NCBI GenBank assembly: GCA_944320725.1
Contig: CALUIM010000008.1
Coordinates: 94,385 to 158,384, forward strand
Length of the DNA: 64,000 bases
Source: an uncultured Coriobacteriaceae bacterium
Lineage (GTDB): Bacteria > Actinomycetota > Coriobacteriia > Coriobacteriales > Coriobacteriaceae
Direction: 5' to 3'
In this document: positions 28,541 through 38,384 of the stretch, piece after piece
How positions within the stretch are numbered: position 1 is the stretch's first letter
Layout: every line of letters begins with the position of its first letter
Notes under the pieces: generated by a model
What the model was told of the DNA's origin: nothing
Database searches by the model: none
The model's input: only the letters and a program-made list of their open reading frames with translations
Position numbers and translations under genes: made by a program

Positions 28541-28555
28541 CCTGAGGAGATGTAC

Positions 28556-28831
28556 ATGGCACGTTATGACTATCGTTGCACAGCCTGCAACAAGGTGTTC
28601 GAGGTTGAGCACGGCATGACCGAGCATCCAGAGATCACCTGCCCGGACTGCGGCGCCGCCGCCACGAAGGTATTCAACGCGAGCGGCATCCGCTTCGAGG
28701 GCAGCGGTTTCTACAACACCGATCAGCGCGGTGGCAGCTCGTCCACCGAGGCAACCTCCGGCTCGACCGAAAGCGCAAGCTCATCTGAGAGCCATAGCTG
28801 CGAGAACTGCCCGCATCACAACGCGGAGTAG
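28556..28831 (+). CDS. FmdB-family zinc-ribbon protein
   Basis: YDYRCTAC ... CPDCG (CxxC-N-CxxC) with a Ser-rich C-terminus. SD sequence GAGGAG. Confidence 0.75.
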   Translation: MARYDYRCTACNKVFEVEHGMTEHPEITCPDCGAAATKVFNASGIRFEGSGFYNTDQRGGSSSTEATSGSTESASSSESHSCENCPHHNAE

Positions 28832-28834
28832 CGC

Positions 28835-30217
28835 TTACGCGCGCATCAACCGGGCGCAAAAGTGCCCGTCAAACCCATCGATGCACGGCACCGTCTGCAC
28901 GGTGCCGTTGTTGTTTTGAAGCCCCTCGCACCAGGCGCGTGCCCTCTCGAACCTCGCGCGGGCAAAGATCGGCGCGGCGGCAACCGGCTCCAGGCGAAAC
29001 GCCTGCCCCGCCTCGTGTGCGAGAAACGCACGCACCACATCCTCGTTTTCTGCACGCAGCACCGAACAGGTGGCATAGATGAGCGCACCTCCCGGCGCCA
29101 CCCGTCGCGCCGCCTCGCACAACAGCGCAAGCTGCAGCGCGGGAAGCTCCTCGAGCGCATCGGACGCGGTGAGGCGCCACGGAATCTCGGGGTGACGGCG
29201 CATCGTACCAGTGCCCGAGCAGGGCGCATCCACAAGCACGGTATCAAAGGCGCGAGGCAAACTCGTATCCTCAAGGGGTCGCAGCACCTCGTCGAGATGG
29301 CGCGCATCGCCGGTGGCAAACGAGATGCCCGTGGCGAGCCCCGCACGTTCTAAGCGCTCACGGTTTGCCTTGGCCTTACCCGGATAGAGGTCAACCGCAA
29401 CGTGTGCGCGCGTAAGTCCCGTGCGGCGCGCAAGCGCAGCCATGACATAGGTCTTGGTGCCGCGACCGGCACCAACCTCTAAACAGCTCCCCGCTGCAAG
29501 CGCTGCGGTGGCAACAAGCTGGGCATGCAGGTCAGACGCCACAGCGGCACCAGATGCCAACGCCGCCCGCACCTGCTCATCGTGGAGCGAGGCGTGTACC
29601 ACGCTGCCGGGTATCGGCCCCGCTACCGTGTCTGAGAAACCAGGCGCCTCGTGCTCCCCCATCACCTGTGCTCGGTGCAGCGCAAGCGGCGCAGGTTCAA
29701 GCTGTGCTGCGCACAGGTTTCGCGCACGATCGGACCCAAGCGATTCCCCGATCGCGCCTGCAAGCCAGCACGGCATACCCGCCGCACGCGCTTCTTGCAA
29801 CGCCGCGTCACCTTCTGTGAAATATGCCCCACGGGCATCTGCTACGCGGCGCAGTACCGCATTCGCCAGACCGGAGGCGCTCCGCGCACGCGAACGCACC
29901 AGCTCAACACCCTGGCTCACCGCCACGCGCGGCTCTCGCTCCAAATACATGAGTTCAAACGCCGCGATGCGCAATGCCCAGCGCACCGGCGCGGCAATGC
30001 GCTGTGGCTTATCGAGAAACCGGTTGAGCAGCTCGTCCAAACAGCCCCGCGTTGCCGTGGCCCCCAGCGCAAGGCGCGTGGCAAATGCACCGTCACGGGC
30101 ATCAAGGGACGCACGTTCCACAACTCCGGGCAGCACCTCGCGCACATACCCATGCGTGCGCTCCGCTTCAAGCAGCGCCTCGAGCGCACAGGCACGCGCC
30201 GACGAGAGCCTGCTCAC
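28835..30217 (-). CDS. rsmB: 16S rRNA (cytosine967-C5)-methyltransferase
   Basis: NusB-like N-terminal domain and DAPCSGTGTMRRHPE motif. GTG start overlaps the fmt stop (GTGA). Confidence 0.85.
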   Translation of the reverse strand: MSRLSSARACALEALLEAERTHGYVREVLPGVVERASLDARDGAFATRLALGATATRGCLDELLNRFLDKPQRIAAPVRWALRIAAFELMYLEREPRVAVSQGVELVRSRARSASGLANAVLRRVADARGAYFTEGDAALQEARAAGMPCWLAGAIGESLGSDRARNLCAAQLEPAPLALHRAQVMGEHEAPGFSDTVAGPIPGSVVHASLHDEQVRAALASGAAVASDLHAQLVATAALAAGSCLEVGAGRGTKTYVMAALARRTGLTRAHVAVDLYPGKAKANRERLERAGLATGISFATGDARHLDEVLRPLEDTSLPRAFDTVLVDAPCSGTGTMRRHPEIPWRLTASDALEELPALQLALLCEAARRVAPGGALIYATCSVLRAENEDVVRAFLAHEAGQAFRLEPVAAAPIFARARFERARAWCEGLQNNNGTVQTVPCIDGFDGHFCARLMRA

Positions 30218-31134
30218 GAGAGCCGCTCCCACGTGAGCTCGTGCTCGCGCTGGCCGGCCGCCCAAGCAGCCGCCTCCATCTCGCGCTTGCCATCGGGCTT
30301 CACAGCATGCAGCTCGAGCACGCCGTCGGCACACCCCAGATACACGCGCTTGCCCTCAATACGAAGGCTCCCTGCCGCAACGTCACATCCCGTAGCAACT
30401 GAGGCACGCATCACGCGCGCCGGCTTCCCGGCAAGCACGCAGCGCGCCGGCGCGGCATTCGAGGAGGCAAGCACGCGCCGCTCGTTCACCAAGGCCGACA
30501 CCGCAGGATCGAGCCATAGCTCGTTCTTCTCGATCTTGGCCGCATGCGTAACGAGCGACTCATCCTGCACCGTCCATGCAACGCTCCCGTCGGCAAGCGT
30601 GGGCAGCACGCGCACCAGCAGCTCGCCGCCCAACTGCGCAAGCTCGGCGGTGAGCTCGTCGGCGGTCTTGCCGGCAACCGAGCACGATGCCTGGGCGCAG
30701 TAGTCGCCCGTATCGACCCCATGGCCAATCCGCATGATCGATACGCCGGTCTCCGCGTCACCCGCAAGGATGCAGCGCTGAATGGGTGCCGCACCGCGCC
30801 AGTGCGGCAACAGCGATGCATGCACGTTCACACAGCCCAGCGGTGCCATGGTAAGCACCTCGTCGGGCAAGATGCATCCGTAGGCGGCAACGCAGAACAC
30901 ATCGGCTGCAGCCGCGCGCAGCGCCTCGAGCACCTCGGGCGTCATGCGGCGCGCCTCGAGCACCGGAAGCCCCAGCTCACGCGCAGCCTCTTTCACCGGC
31001 GAGGGCTCGAGCTTCTTGCCGCGCGAGCGCACAGCATCGGGACGCGTAAGAACCAGCACCACCTCATGCTCGGCAGCAAGCGCTCGCAGCGACGGAACGG
31101 AAAACGACGGCGTACCCATGAAAACAACGCGCAT
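30214..31134 (-). CDS. fmt: Methionyl-tRNA formyltransferase
   Basis: HASLLPHWRGAAPIQ motif. Conserved def-fmt-rsmB order. Confidence 0.95.
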   Translation of the reverse strand: MRVVFMGTPSFSVPSLRALAAEHEVVLVLTRPDAVRSRGKKLEPSPVKEAARELGLPVLEARRMTPEVLEALRAAAADVFCVAAYGCILPDEVLTMAPLGCVNVHASLLPHWRGAAPIQRCILAGDAETGVSIMRIGHGVDTGDYCAQASCSVAGKTADELTAELAQLGGELLVRVLPTLADGSVAWTVQDESLVTHAAKIEKNELWLDPAVSALVNERRVLASSNAAPARCVLAGKPARVMRASVATGCDVAAGSLRIEGKRVYLGCADGVLELHAVKPDGKREMEAAAWAAGQREHELTWERLS

Positions 31135-31149
31135 GGCGGCCTCCTTGTC

Positions 31150-31686
31150 CTACTCGGTGTCGCCCGGCTTCGCGCCGCGGGCGAGCGCCTCCTGATACTG
31201 GCACATAGCGTGCACGCGCTGGGCAGGCTTCAGGCGCTCGAACATCGTCATACCATGCAGGTGGTCGATCTCGTGCTGCAGGCACACGCAGAACAGATCG
31301 CCCTCCGCCTCATAGCGCATAAGGTTGGCGTCGAGATCATAGGCCTCGACCACCACGCGATCGGGACGCTCGATCTCGCAGCTGATGCCGGGAATCGACA
31401 GGCAGCCCTCGGAGGATGGCGCAAGCGTGTCCGACTGCTCCACGATAACGGGGTTGATGAGCACGAACGGATCGTAATCCTCGCGCGAGGTGTACGAGAC
31501 GTCGATCACCACGAGCTGCACGAGCTCGCCAATCTGCGGGGCCGCAAGGCCGCAGCCGCCGTTTGCGAACATCTCGTCCTTCATGCGCTGCGCCAGCTGC
31601 TCGATCTGAGGCGTGATCTCTTCGATGGGCGCGCACTCCTGCCGCAGGCGCGGATCGGGCGAGAGCACAATGCCGTTGACTTCCAT
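31150..31686 (-). CDS. def: Peptide deformylase
   Basis: Motifs GLAAPQIG, EGCLSIPG and HEIDHLHG. Start ATG 31686 after AAAGGA. Confidence 0.9.
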   Translation of the reverse strand: MEVNGIVLSPDPRLRQECAPIEEITPQIEQLAQRMKDEMFANGGCGLAAPQIGELVQLVVIDVSYTSREDYDPFVLINPVIVEQSDTLAPSSEGCLSIPGISCEIERPDRVVVEAYDLDANLMRYEAEGDLFCVCLQHEIDHLHGMTMFERLKPAQRVHAMCQYQEALARGAKPGDTE

Positions 31687-31724
31687 GTTCGTCCTTTCAT
31701 ATTCGCTACCAGGCACCGGGTGGC

Positions 31725-34259
31725 CTACATGAGGTCGTAGGCGTCGATATCGACGCTCACGCTTACGCCCTTCTGTGCACCGGCGCGCTGCAACGCATGG
31801 GAAATGGTATCTGAGATATGGTACCCCAGCGGGCTCTTTACCATCACGTGGAAGCGCCAGCGGTCCTTGGCGCGCTCGATCACGCAGCTCGACGGTCCCA
31901 GCACCACCGGTGTGCGCGTAGGATCAGACGCATCGCTCATAGCAGCAATCGAAGGAAGCTCATCTGCGATGCTGCGCGGCGCCCTGCCTGCCATGCCCGC
32001 TACCTGCGTCTCCTCGGCAATCGCACGCCGTAGCTCGCCCGCAAACCGCGCGGCTGCCTGGCTCACCTCGTCTTTGCGCGCTCCCCAGAACAGCACATTG
32101 GCGAGACGCACGAAAGGCGGGTACGCGGCGTCGGCACGCTGGGCGAAATCATGCTCGGTAAAGATCGCGCGATCGTGCGCCGCCACCGCGCGCATCACCG
32201 GATCGTGGGGCACATAGGTCTGGATGATCACCCGGCCCGGGCGGTCGCCACGACCCGCGCGGCCCGCCACCTGCTCGAGCAGGTCGTAGGCGCGCTCTTG
32301 GGCGCGAAAATCGGGCATCTTGAGCGCGTAATCGGCCATCACAACACCCGCGAGCGTCACCTCGGGAAAGTCGAGCCCTTTGGCGATCATCTGCGTGCCC
32401 AACAGCACCGCACACGGTGCGGCATCGAACTGCTCAAGCAGACGTTTATGGCCGTCCTTGCCGCGCGTAGAATCGGCATCCATGCGGATGACCTCCACAT
32501 GCGGCGGCAGCAGCTCAACGAGCGCGTCTTCCACCTGCTGCGTGCCGAGCCCCATCTTGGCGAGATACGGGCTTCCGCACTCAGGGCACCGCGCGCTGGG
32601 AGAGGGATAGGCCTGCACACGGTACTGGGTACCGCAGGTATGGCATGCGAGCGTATGCGTGCGCTCGTGATAGGTAAGCGCCGTCGAACAATGCGCGCAG
32701 GTGGGCACGCAGCCGCATTCTCGGCACATGAGAAACGGCGCGAAACCGCGACGGTTGTGCAGCAGCACCGCCTTCTCGCCGCGCTCCGCGACCTCGAGCA
32801 GCGCCTCGCGCAGCGGCCGCGAGAACATCGAACGGCTTCCCGAAGTAAAATCACGACGCAGATCGGCAATGTGAATGGTGGGCAGCACCGCATTGCCCGG
32901 ACGCTCTGGCATCTCGACCCGCTCCCAACGCTGGCCGGCGACCTCACCCTCGCGACAGCGAAATAGCGCTTCGGCAGACGGTGTGGCAGACCCGAGCACC
33001 AGCGGAATGCCGTGCATGCGCGCCATGCGCGCCGCCACCTCGCGCGCATGATAGCGAGGACTCGATCCCTGCTTATAGCTTTGCTCGTGCTCCTCGTCGA
33101 TGATGATGATGCCGAGGTTGCAGAACGGACAGAACAGCGCGGAGCGTGCGCCCACCACCACCCGCGCCGCGCCGGAGCGCACCATATCCCACTGGTCGAG
33201 CCGCTCGCCCGCCGACAAGCGCGAATGGAACACGGCGACGGTCTCGCCAAAGCGCGAACGGAAGCGCCCAACCGTCTGGGCGGTCAGCGAGATCTCGGGC
33301 ACGAGCACGCAGGCCGAGCGCCCAGCAGCAAGCGTGCGCTCGATGGCGGCGAGATATACCTCGGTCTTGCCCGAGCCCGTCACGCCGTCAACCACCACGA
33401 CATCGCCCGCGCCGCGCGTACGCGCCCGTTCGATGGCGTCAAGCGCGGCAACCTGCCCGCGTGTGAGCTCTTTTGGTGCGGTGGCACGTGCCGACGAGAG
33501 CGTGGTGCTATCGCTCGTGCCGCGCCAGGCACGGCGCTCATCGACCCGTACCACGCCGCGCTTCGCAAGTGCGCGGATGGCAGCCGACATATCGGTGTAG
33601 AGCAGGTTGAGCTCGCGCGTGGTCACCGGACCACAGGAGAGCGCCTCGATGAGCTGACGTTGCCGCGAGGCATGTGCCGCCGGCACGAAGTCGCGCCCCT
33701 CAGGCGTCAGCGAGACCACGCGCTCATGGATCTCGGGCACCGCGGGACGCTCCACATGGTAGCCATGCTCGTCGCGGCGCAGACGAGGTGTGCCGCCCGG
33801 CGGCAGAAACAGCCGCAGCACCTCGGCAAGGGGCGCCACGTATTCCGAGCTCATCCATGCGGCGAGCTGTGCCGCCTCGGGCGAGAACTCGGCTGCAGTC
33901 AGGCGCTGCGCAATCGGGCGGATGCGCCGTGCATCCAGCCCATCGGTACCCGGCAGATCCGAGAGCTCGCCGGCGAGCGCCACCACGTACCCCAGGGCGT
34001 GCCGCGCACCAAATCGCACGAGCACGATGCACCCCACCTCGATATCCTCGGCCATATGCGCAGGCACGGCGTAGGCAAACGGCTCGGACAGCGCGCGCGA
34101 TGCGATATCGACGATTACCGAGGCAAAGCCCGCCCATGGCTCGGGTGCGCTGTCCGCAGCGTCGGGAGCCCCGTCATCCGGGGCTCCCGTGTCGAGCGCC
34201 GCATCGTGCGGGCGCTCGTCATCAAATAACGTGAGCTGTTGGGGGTGGCGCGTCATCAA
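31725..34259 (-). CDS. priA: Primosomal protein N' (replication restart helicase)
   Basis: Walker A GVTGSGKTEVY, DEEH box, and the Cys-rich zinc region CRECG...CAHC...CHTCG...CPECG. Confidence 0.9.
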   Translation of the reverse strand: MMTRHPQQLTLFDDERPHDAALDTGAPDDGAPDAADSAPEPWAGFASVIVDIASRALSEPFAYAVPAHMAEDIEVGCIVLVRFGARHALGYVVALAGELSDLPGTDGLDARRIRPIAQRLTAAEFSPEAAQLAAWMSSEYVAPLAEVLRLFLPPGGTPRLRRDEHGYHVERPAVPEIHERVVSLTPEGRDFVPAAHASRQRQLIEALSCGPVTTRELNLLYTDMSAAIRALAKRGVVRVDERRAWRGTSDSTTLSSARATAPKELTRGQVAALDAIERARTRGAGDVVVVDGVTGSGKTEVYLAAIERTLAAGRSACVLVPEISLTAQTVGRFRSRFGETVAVFHSRLSAGERLDQWDMVRSGAARVVVGARSALFCPFCNLGIIIIDEEHEQSYKQGSSPRYHAREVAARMARMHGIPLVLGSATPSAEALFRCREGEVAGQRWERVEMPERPGNAVLPTIHIADLRRDFTSGSRSMFSRPLREALLEVAERGEKAVLLHNRRGFAPFLMCRECGCVPTCAHCSTALTYHERTHTLACHTCGTQYRVQAYPSPSARCPECGSPYLAKMGLGTQQVEDALVELLPPHVEVIRMDADSTRGKDGHKRLLEQFDAAPCAVLLGTQMIAKGLDFPEVTLAGVVMADYALKMPDFRAQERAYDLLEQVAGRAGRGDRPGRVIIQTYVPHDPVMRAVAAHDRAIFTEHDFAQRADAAYPPFVRLANVLFWGARKDEVSQAAARFAGELRRAIAEETQVAGMAGRAPRSIADELPSIAAMSDASDPTRTPVVLGPSSCVIERAKDRWRFHVMVKSPLGYHISDTISHALQRAGAQKGVSVSVDIDAYDLM

Positions 34260-34268
34260 ACGACAAAC

Positions 34269-35549
34269 CTACGCGTTGATGCCACAAGCATCGCGAAGCT
34301 CGTCCACGCGGTTCGTGCGCTCCCAGGTGAAATCGGGGTCCTCGCGGCCAAAGTGACCATAGGCTGCCGTCTTCTCATAGATGGGACGGCGCAGGTCGAG
34401 GTCGCGAATGATCGCCCCGGGACGCAGGTCGAATACCTGCTCGACCGCCTGCTCGATGGTTGTTTCGGCAACGTGCGCGGTGCCGAACGTATCAATCATG
34501 ATGGACAGCGGGCGCGCCACGCCAATGGCGTAGGCAAGCTGCACCTCGCAGCGATCGGCCAGGCCGGCGGCAACCACATTCTTCGCCACCCAGCGCGCGG
34601 CGTACGCGGCCGAGCGGTCGACCTTCGTGCAGTCCTTGCCCGAGAACGCGCCGCCACCGTGGCGGCCCATGCCGCCATAGGTATCGACGATGATCTTGCG
34701 GCCGGTAAGACCCGTGTCGCCCATAGGACCGCCCACCACGAAGCGCCCGGTGGGGTTCACGTACAACGCAGCATCGCGCCACGGAATATCGACCGACGCC
34801 ATGACCGGCGCGATCACGTGCTCGACCATATCGCGCTCGATGATGCTCATGTCCTCGATCTCGGGAGCATGCTGCGTGGAGATCACGATCGTCTCGACGC
34901 CCACCGGAGCCTCGTCCTCGTAGCGCACGGTGACCTGCGTCTTGCCATCGGGCCGCAGATACGCAAGCGTGCCGTTGTGCCGCACCTCGGCCAGACGCTC
35001 GGCCAGGCGGCTCGCGATGTAGTGCGCCATGGGCATATAGGATGCGGTCTCGTTGGTGGCATAGCCAAACATCATGCCCTGATCGCCCGCGCCGATCTTC
35101 TCGAGCGGATCGACGTCCGCCTCGCCGCGCACATCGTAGCTCTCATCGACGCCCTGAGCGATATCGGGGCTCTGACCGTGAATCATGTTGATAACGCCGC
35201 AGGTGGTGCCATCGAATCCGTATTTCGCGCGGTCGTAGCCAATGCGGCAGATCACGCGGCGCGCAATCTCCTGAACGTCAACGTATGCCTGCGTGCGAAT
35301 CTCGCCCGAGATCATCACCATGCCGGTGGTGAGCATCGTCTCGCAAGCGCAACGCACGTTCTCAAGCTTGGCGGGCACGCCGTCGGTATCTACATAGCCC
35401 TGCTCCTCGAGCACCGCCTCTTTGGCGATGATGGCATCGAGCACAGCATCGGAGATCTGATCGGCAATCTTGTCGGGATGTCCCTCGGTCACCGACTCCG
35501 ATGTGAACAAATACGTACGAGCGTGGTTGGTGGAACGATCATCTGGCAT
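34269..35549 (-). CDS. metK: S-adenosylmethionine synthase
   Basis: Motifs [24 protein letters not shown] and GGGAFSGKD. Confidence 0.95.
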   Translation of the reverse strand: MPDDRSTNHARTYLFTSESVTEGHPDKIADQISDAVLDAIIAKEAVLEEQGYVDTDGVPAKLENVRCACETMLTTGMVMISGEIRTQAYVDVQEIARRVICRIGYDRAKYGFDGTTCGVINMIHGQSPDIAQGVDESYDVRGEADVDPLEKIGAGDQGMMFGYATNETASYMPMAHYIASRLAERLAEVRHNGTLAYLRPDGKTQVTVRYEDEAPVGVETIVISTQHAPEIEDMSIIERDMVEHVIAPVMASVDIPWRDAALYVNPTGRFVVGGPMGDTGLTGRKIIVDTYGGMGRHGGGAFSGKDCTKVDRSAAYAARWVAKNVVAAGLADRCEVQLAYAIGVARPLSIMIDTFGTAHVAETTIEQAVEQVFDLRPGAIIRDLDLRRPIYEKTAAYGHFGREDPDFTWERTNRVDELRDACGINA

Positions 35550-35747
35550 GTCATGCCCCTTTCAGTGATGCACCCAGCGGCCGTTACCATTCCGCTGGGC
35601 GTGTACCGTCATCGCGCGGCCATAAAGCCACCTGCCGGCAGCGCCGCGCTCCCCACTATAGTACCCGTACGAACCTGCCGTTTGAGAGCGAATCTTTTGC
35701 CCCATCTATCCTGCAAACCACGGCACGACGCGCATGGTGCGGGACAT

Positions 35748-38384
35748 CTACGCTGCCACGCGCTCCGGCCGCACAAAGGGGCCGCGAAGCACGTGGCCGA
35801 CAACGAACACGATCGGCAGCACGAGAGCAACAAGCAGCGCACCCATCGCGGCGCCAACACCCGACGCTTGTCCCGCCATCGCCGCGCGCAACGCTTCCGC
35901 AAGAACCGGAAGCGGCAGGATACTACCCAGAGCGCTCGAGAAACCGTTGGAGAAATACGCAGGTAGAATGGCGCCCGCAACAAGCAGCTGGATAACGAGC
36001 GCGCCGAGCATGATGGGCACGGCCGCACGCGGCGCGATCGTGCGAACAGCGAAGGCGATGCTTGCCGCGGCAAGTGAGCCGCCTGCGAGCAGCGCCCAGA
36101 AGAGCACAGGGTCTTCGACCGGCAAGCCCAGCACCCCGATGCAGACGGCACCCAGCACCACAGTCTGCGCCAACGCGAAAACGGCGAACACCGCGCCCGT
36201 CGATACGGCCGCAACAAGCCCGCGACCCATCCATGCAGCGCGCGCATCGAGCGCAGGGATCATGCACATCGCGAGCGTCGCGCCCACCCACACGGCAACC
36301 GCAAGGCACACCGGCACCAGGGCCGCCGGGGCCGATGCCACCTTCGCATCACCCATGCGGAAGCGCACCGGGTTGGCGGCCACATCCGCACGCTCGTCAT
36401 AGTTCGAGCTTGCCGATCCCAGCACATCGGCTGCGTCCGACATTGTATCGGTCACGCCCTGCGAGGCCTCGCCCAGCTGATCGATGCCCGTGGCGATCTG
36501 ATCCTGCGCGCCAGCCATCGCGGAAAGCCCGGTCCCCAAACCCGACGCGCCCTGGCTCACCGCCGAAAGGGCCTGGCCGAGGGCTCGATTACCCGAGCCA
36601 ATGGTCGACGACGCCTCGGAGAGCACGTCGAGCGCCTGACCGAGCGACCCGGCCCCGGTCGCGATACCGGCCGCTCCTCCGCCGATGGCGCCATCGGCAC
36701 CCAGCTGCTCGCCGACGGTCGTCACGCCCTTCCCAAGCTCACGGGCTTGCATCGCAAGCACAGGCAGGGTCGCCATGGGGTCGGTCTCGTTGGTAAGCAC
36801 GCCGGCGACATCACCGGCCGCAGCGGCACCTGCCTTTCCCATCGAAGCCGCCGTCGAAGCGATGGTTCCCGTGGATTGCTCCATCGCCGCCAACGCCTCA
36901 TCGAAGCCGACGGCACCCTCGGTGCCCGCAAGCGCCTGCTCGAGGTTGTCACGCGCGGTCGCAACGCTCGTAAGGCCCTCGCTCGCGCTCGATGCAGAGG
37001 AGCTCAGGGTCTCCGCCTTCGCCGCGGCGGCATCAACGCGCTCGATAAGCGCCGTGCGACCTTCCTCAAGTTGTGCGAGCTGCTGCTGTGCCTCGGAAAT
37101 CTCCGTTGAAAGCGCTGCAAGCTCATCGGCTGCAGCAGCCGCATCAGACCCAGCAGCGAGCTCGGCAGTAAGCGCATCCAACCGATCCATCAACGTCCCA
37201 AGGAGCTCCGACAGCGCTGCCGTTTGCTCGTCGATCTGTACGAGTTGCTGCTTGATGCCCGGCGTCTCGGGCGCGTCGCTCGAAAGCTCGGTCGCGAGCG
37301 TGCCGGCATCGCGCGCCACGGACGCCACGCCGTCTGTTGCCGCCGTTGCTCCCTGTGCTATGGCATCGGCCTGCGTGCGAATATCTTCGCTCATGCCGCG
37401 TACCCGCTCAAGCGACGCAACAAGCGACTGCTGCTGCCCGACGATGGTAAGCGCGTCCTTGCCGAGCGATCCCAGATCCTGCGCAGACGCACTCAGCGTA
37501 CCGGTGAGCTCCATGAGCGTGTCACCCATGCCGCTCACCTGAGCACCGAGCGTCGTCGTTGCCGTCGAAACTCCGTCGAGCCCCTCCGCGAGCGCGGACG
37601 CACCCTGTGCGAGCAACCCTACGCCCTGCTCGGAGGTGGCGTCGATGCCAGCCGCCACGGCATCGGCGCCTGTCCCGGCAGCCGTGACGCCCTGCGCGAT
37701 CTGGTCGAGTCCGCTCGTAAGCGCGCCCGCGCCCGACGCCGTCTCACCCAGGGCATCGCCCACCGCACGCGTCCCATCCAAAAGCGCCGCGTAGGCGTCG
37801 TCGAGCATTACCGCGCCGTCCGAGGCAAGCGTGAGCTTCGATGCCTGCCCGCGCACATCCGAGAGCACGGAGACAATATAGTGCTCGCCCAGATCGCTCT
37901 TGAGCCGCGATTGCACCTGTCGCAGTGCCGCCGATGCGGTCTCGGTGGCAAGCACGTTGCCTGCGCCACTCGACGCAATGGTGATATCCGCCTGCTGGGG
38001 ATCGTCCGTACCTGCACTCGCAACCTTTTCCGAATAATCGGCCGGAATGGTAAGCACAAGCGCATAGGTGCCGTCGGCAAGTCCCGCTGCAGCCTCATCC
38101 TCCCCAACGGCGTGCCAAGCAAGATCGGCCGTGTCGAGCAGCGACTCGACAAGGTCCTCGCCATGGGCAACCTTGCGACCGGATGCGTCACGCGCCCCCT
38201 CGTCAAGATTCACCACGGCTACCGGCACGCGATCTGCCGCGTCGATAGCAGGCGAAAACGCCAGCACAAGCGCCAAGCACACCGCAAGCGGCACCATAAG
38301 GGCAAGCGCCAGGAAGGGACAGGCTTGGCGGTTACGCATGAGCGATGAGAGCGCAAGCCGCACCGACGCGGCGATATCGGTCAT
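35748..38384 (-). CDS. YhgE/Pip-domain membrane protein (ABC-2-like)
   Basis: N-terminal TM helix followed by the VAVVNLDEG motif, a long Ala/Leu/Gly-rich repetitive helical ectodomain, and a C-terminal cluster of 5-6 TM helices. Confidence 0.8.
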   Translation of the reverse strand: MTDIAASVRLALSSLMRNRQACPFLALALMVPLAVCLALVLAFSPAIDAADRVPVAVVNLDEGARDASGRKVAHGEDLVESLLDTADLAWHAVGEDEAAAGLADGTYALVLTIPADYSEKVASAGTDDPQQADITIASSGAGNVLATETASAALRQVQSRLKSDLGEHYIVSVLSDVRGQASKLTLASDGAVMLDDAYAALLDGTRAVGDALGETASGAGALTSGLDQIAQGVTAAGTGADAVAAGIDATSEQGVGLLAQGASALAEGLDGVSTATTTLGAQVSGMGDTLMELTGTLSASAQDLGSLGKDALTIVGQQQSLVASLERVRGMSEDIRTQADAIAQGATAATDGVASVARDAGTLATELSSDAPETPGIKQQLVQIDEQTAALSELLGTLMDRLDALTAELAAGSDAAAAADELAALSTEISEAQQQLAQLEEGRTALIERVDAAAAKAETLSSSASSASEGLTSVATARDNLEQALAGTEGAVGFDEALAAMEQSTGTIASTAASMGKAGAAAAGDVAGVLTNETDPMATLPVLAMQARELGKGVTTVGEQLGADGAIGGGAAGIATGAGSLGQALDVLSEASSTIGSGNRALGQALSAVSQGASGLGTGLSAMAGAQDQIATGIDQLGEASQGVTDTMSDAADVLGSASSNYDERADVAANPVRFRMGDAKVASAPAALVPVCLAVAVWVGATLAMCMIPALDARAAWMGRGLVAAVSTGAVFAVFALAQTVVLGAVCIGVLGLPVEDPVLFWALLAGGSLAAASIAFAVRTIAPRAAVPIMLGALVIQLLVAGAILPAYFSNGFSSALGSILPLPVLAEALRAAMAGQASGVGAAMGALLVALVLPIVFVVGHVLRGPFVRPERVAA

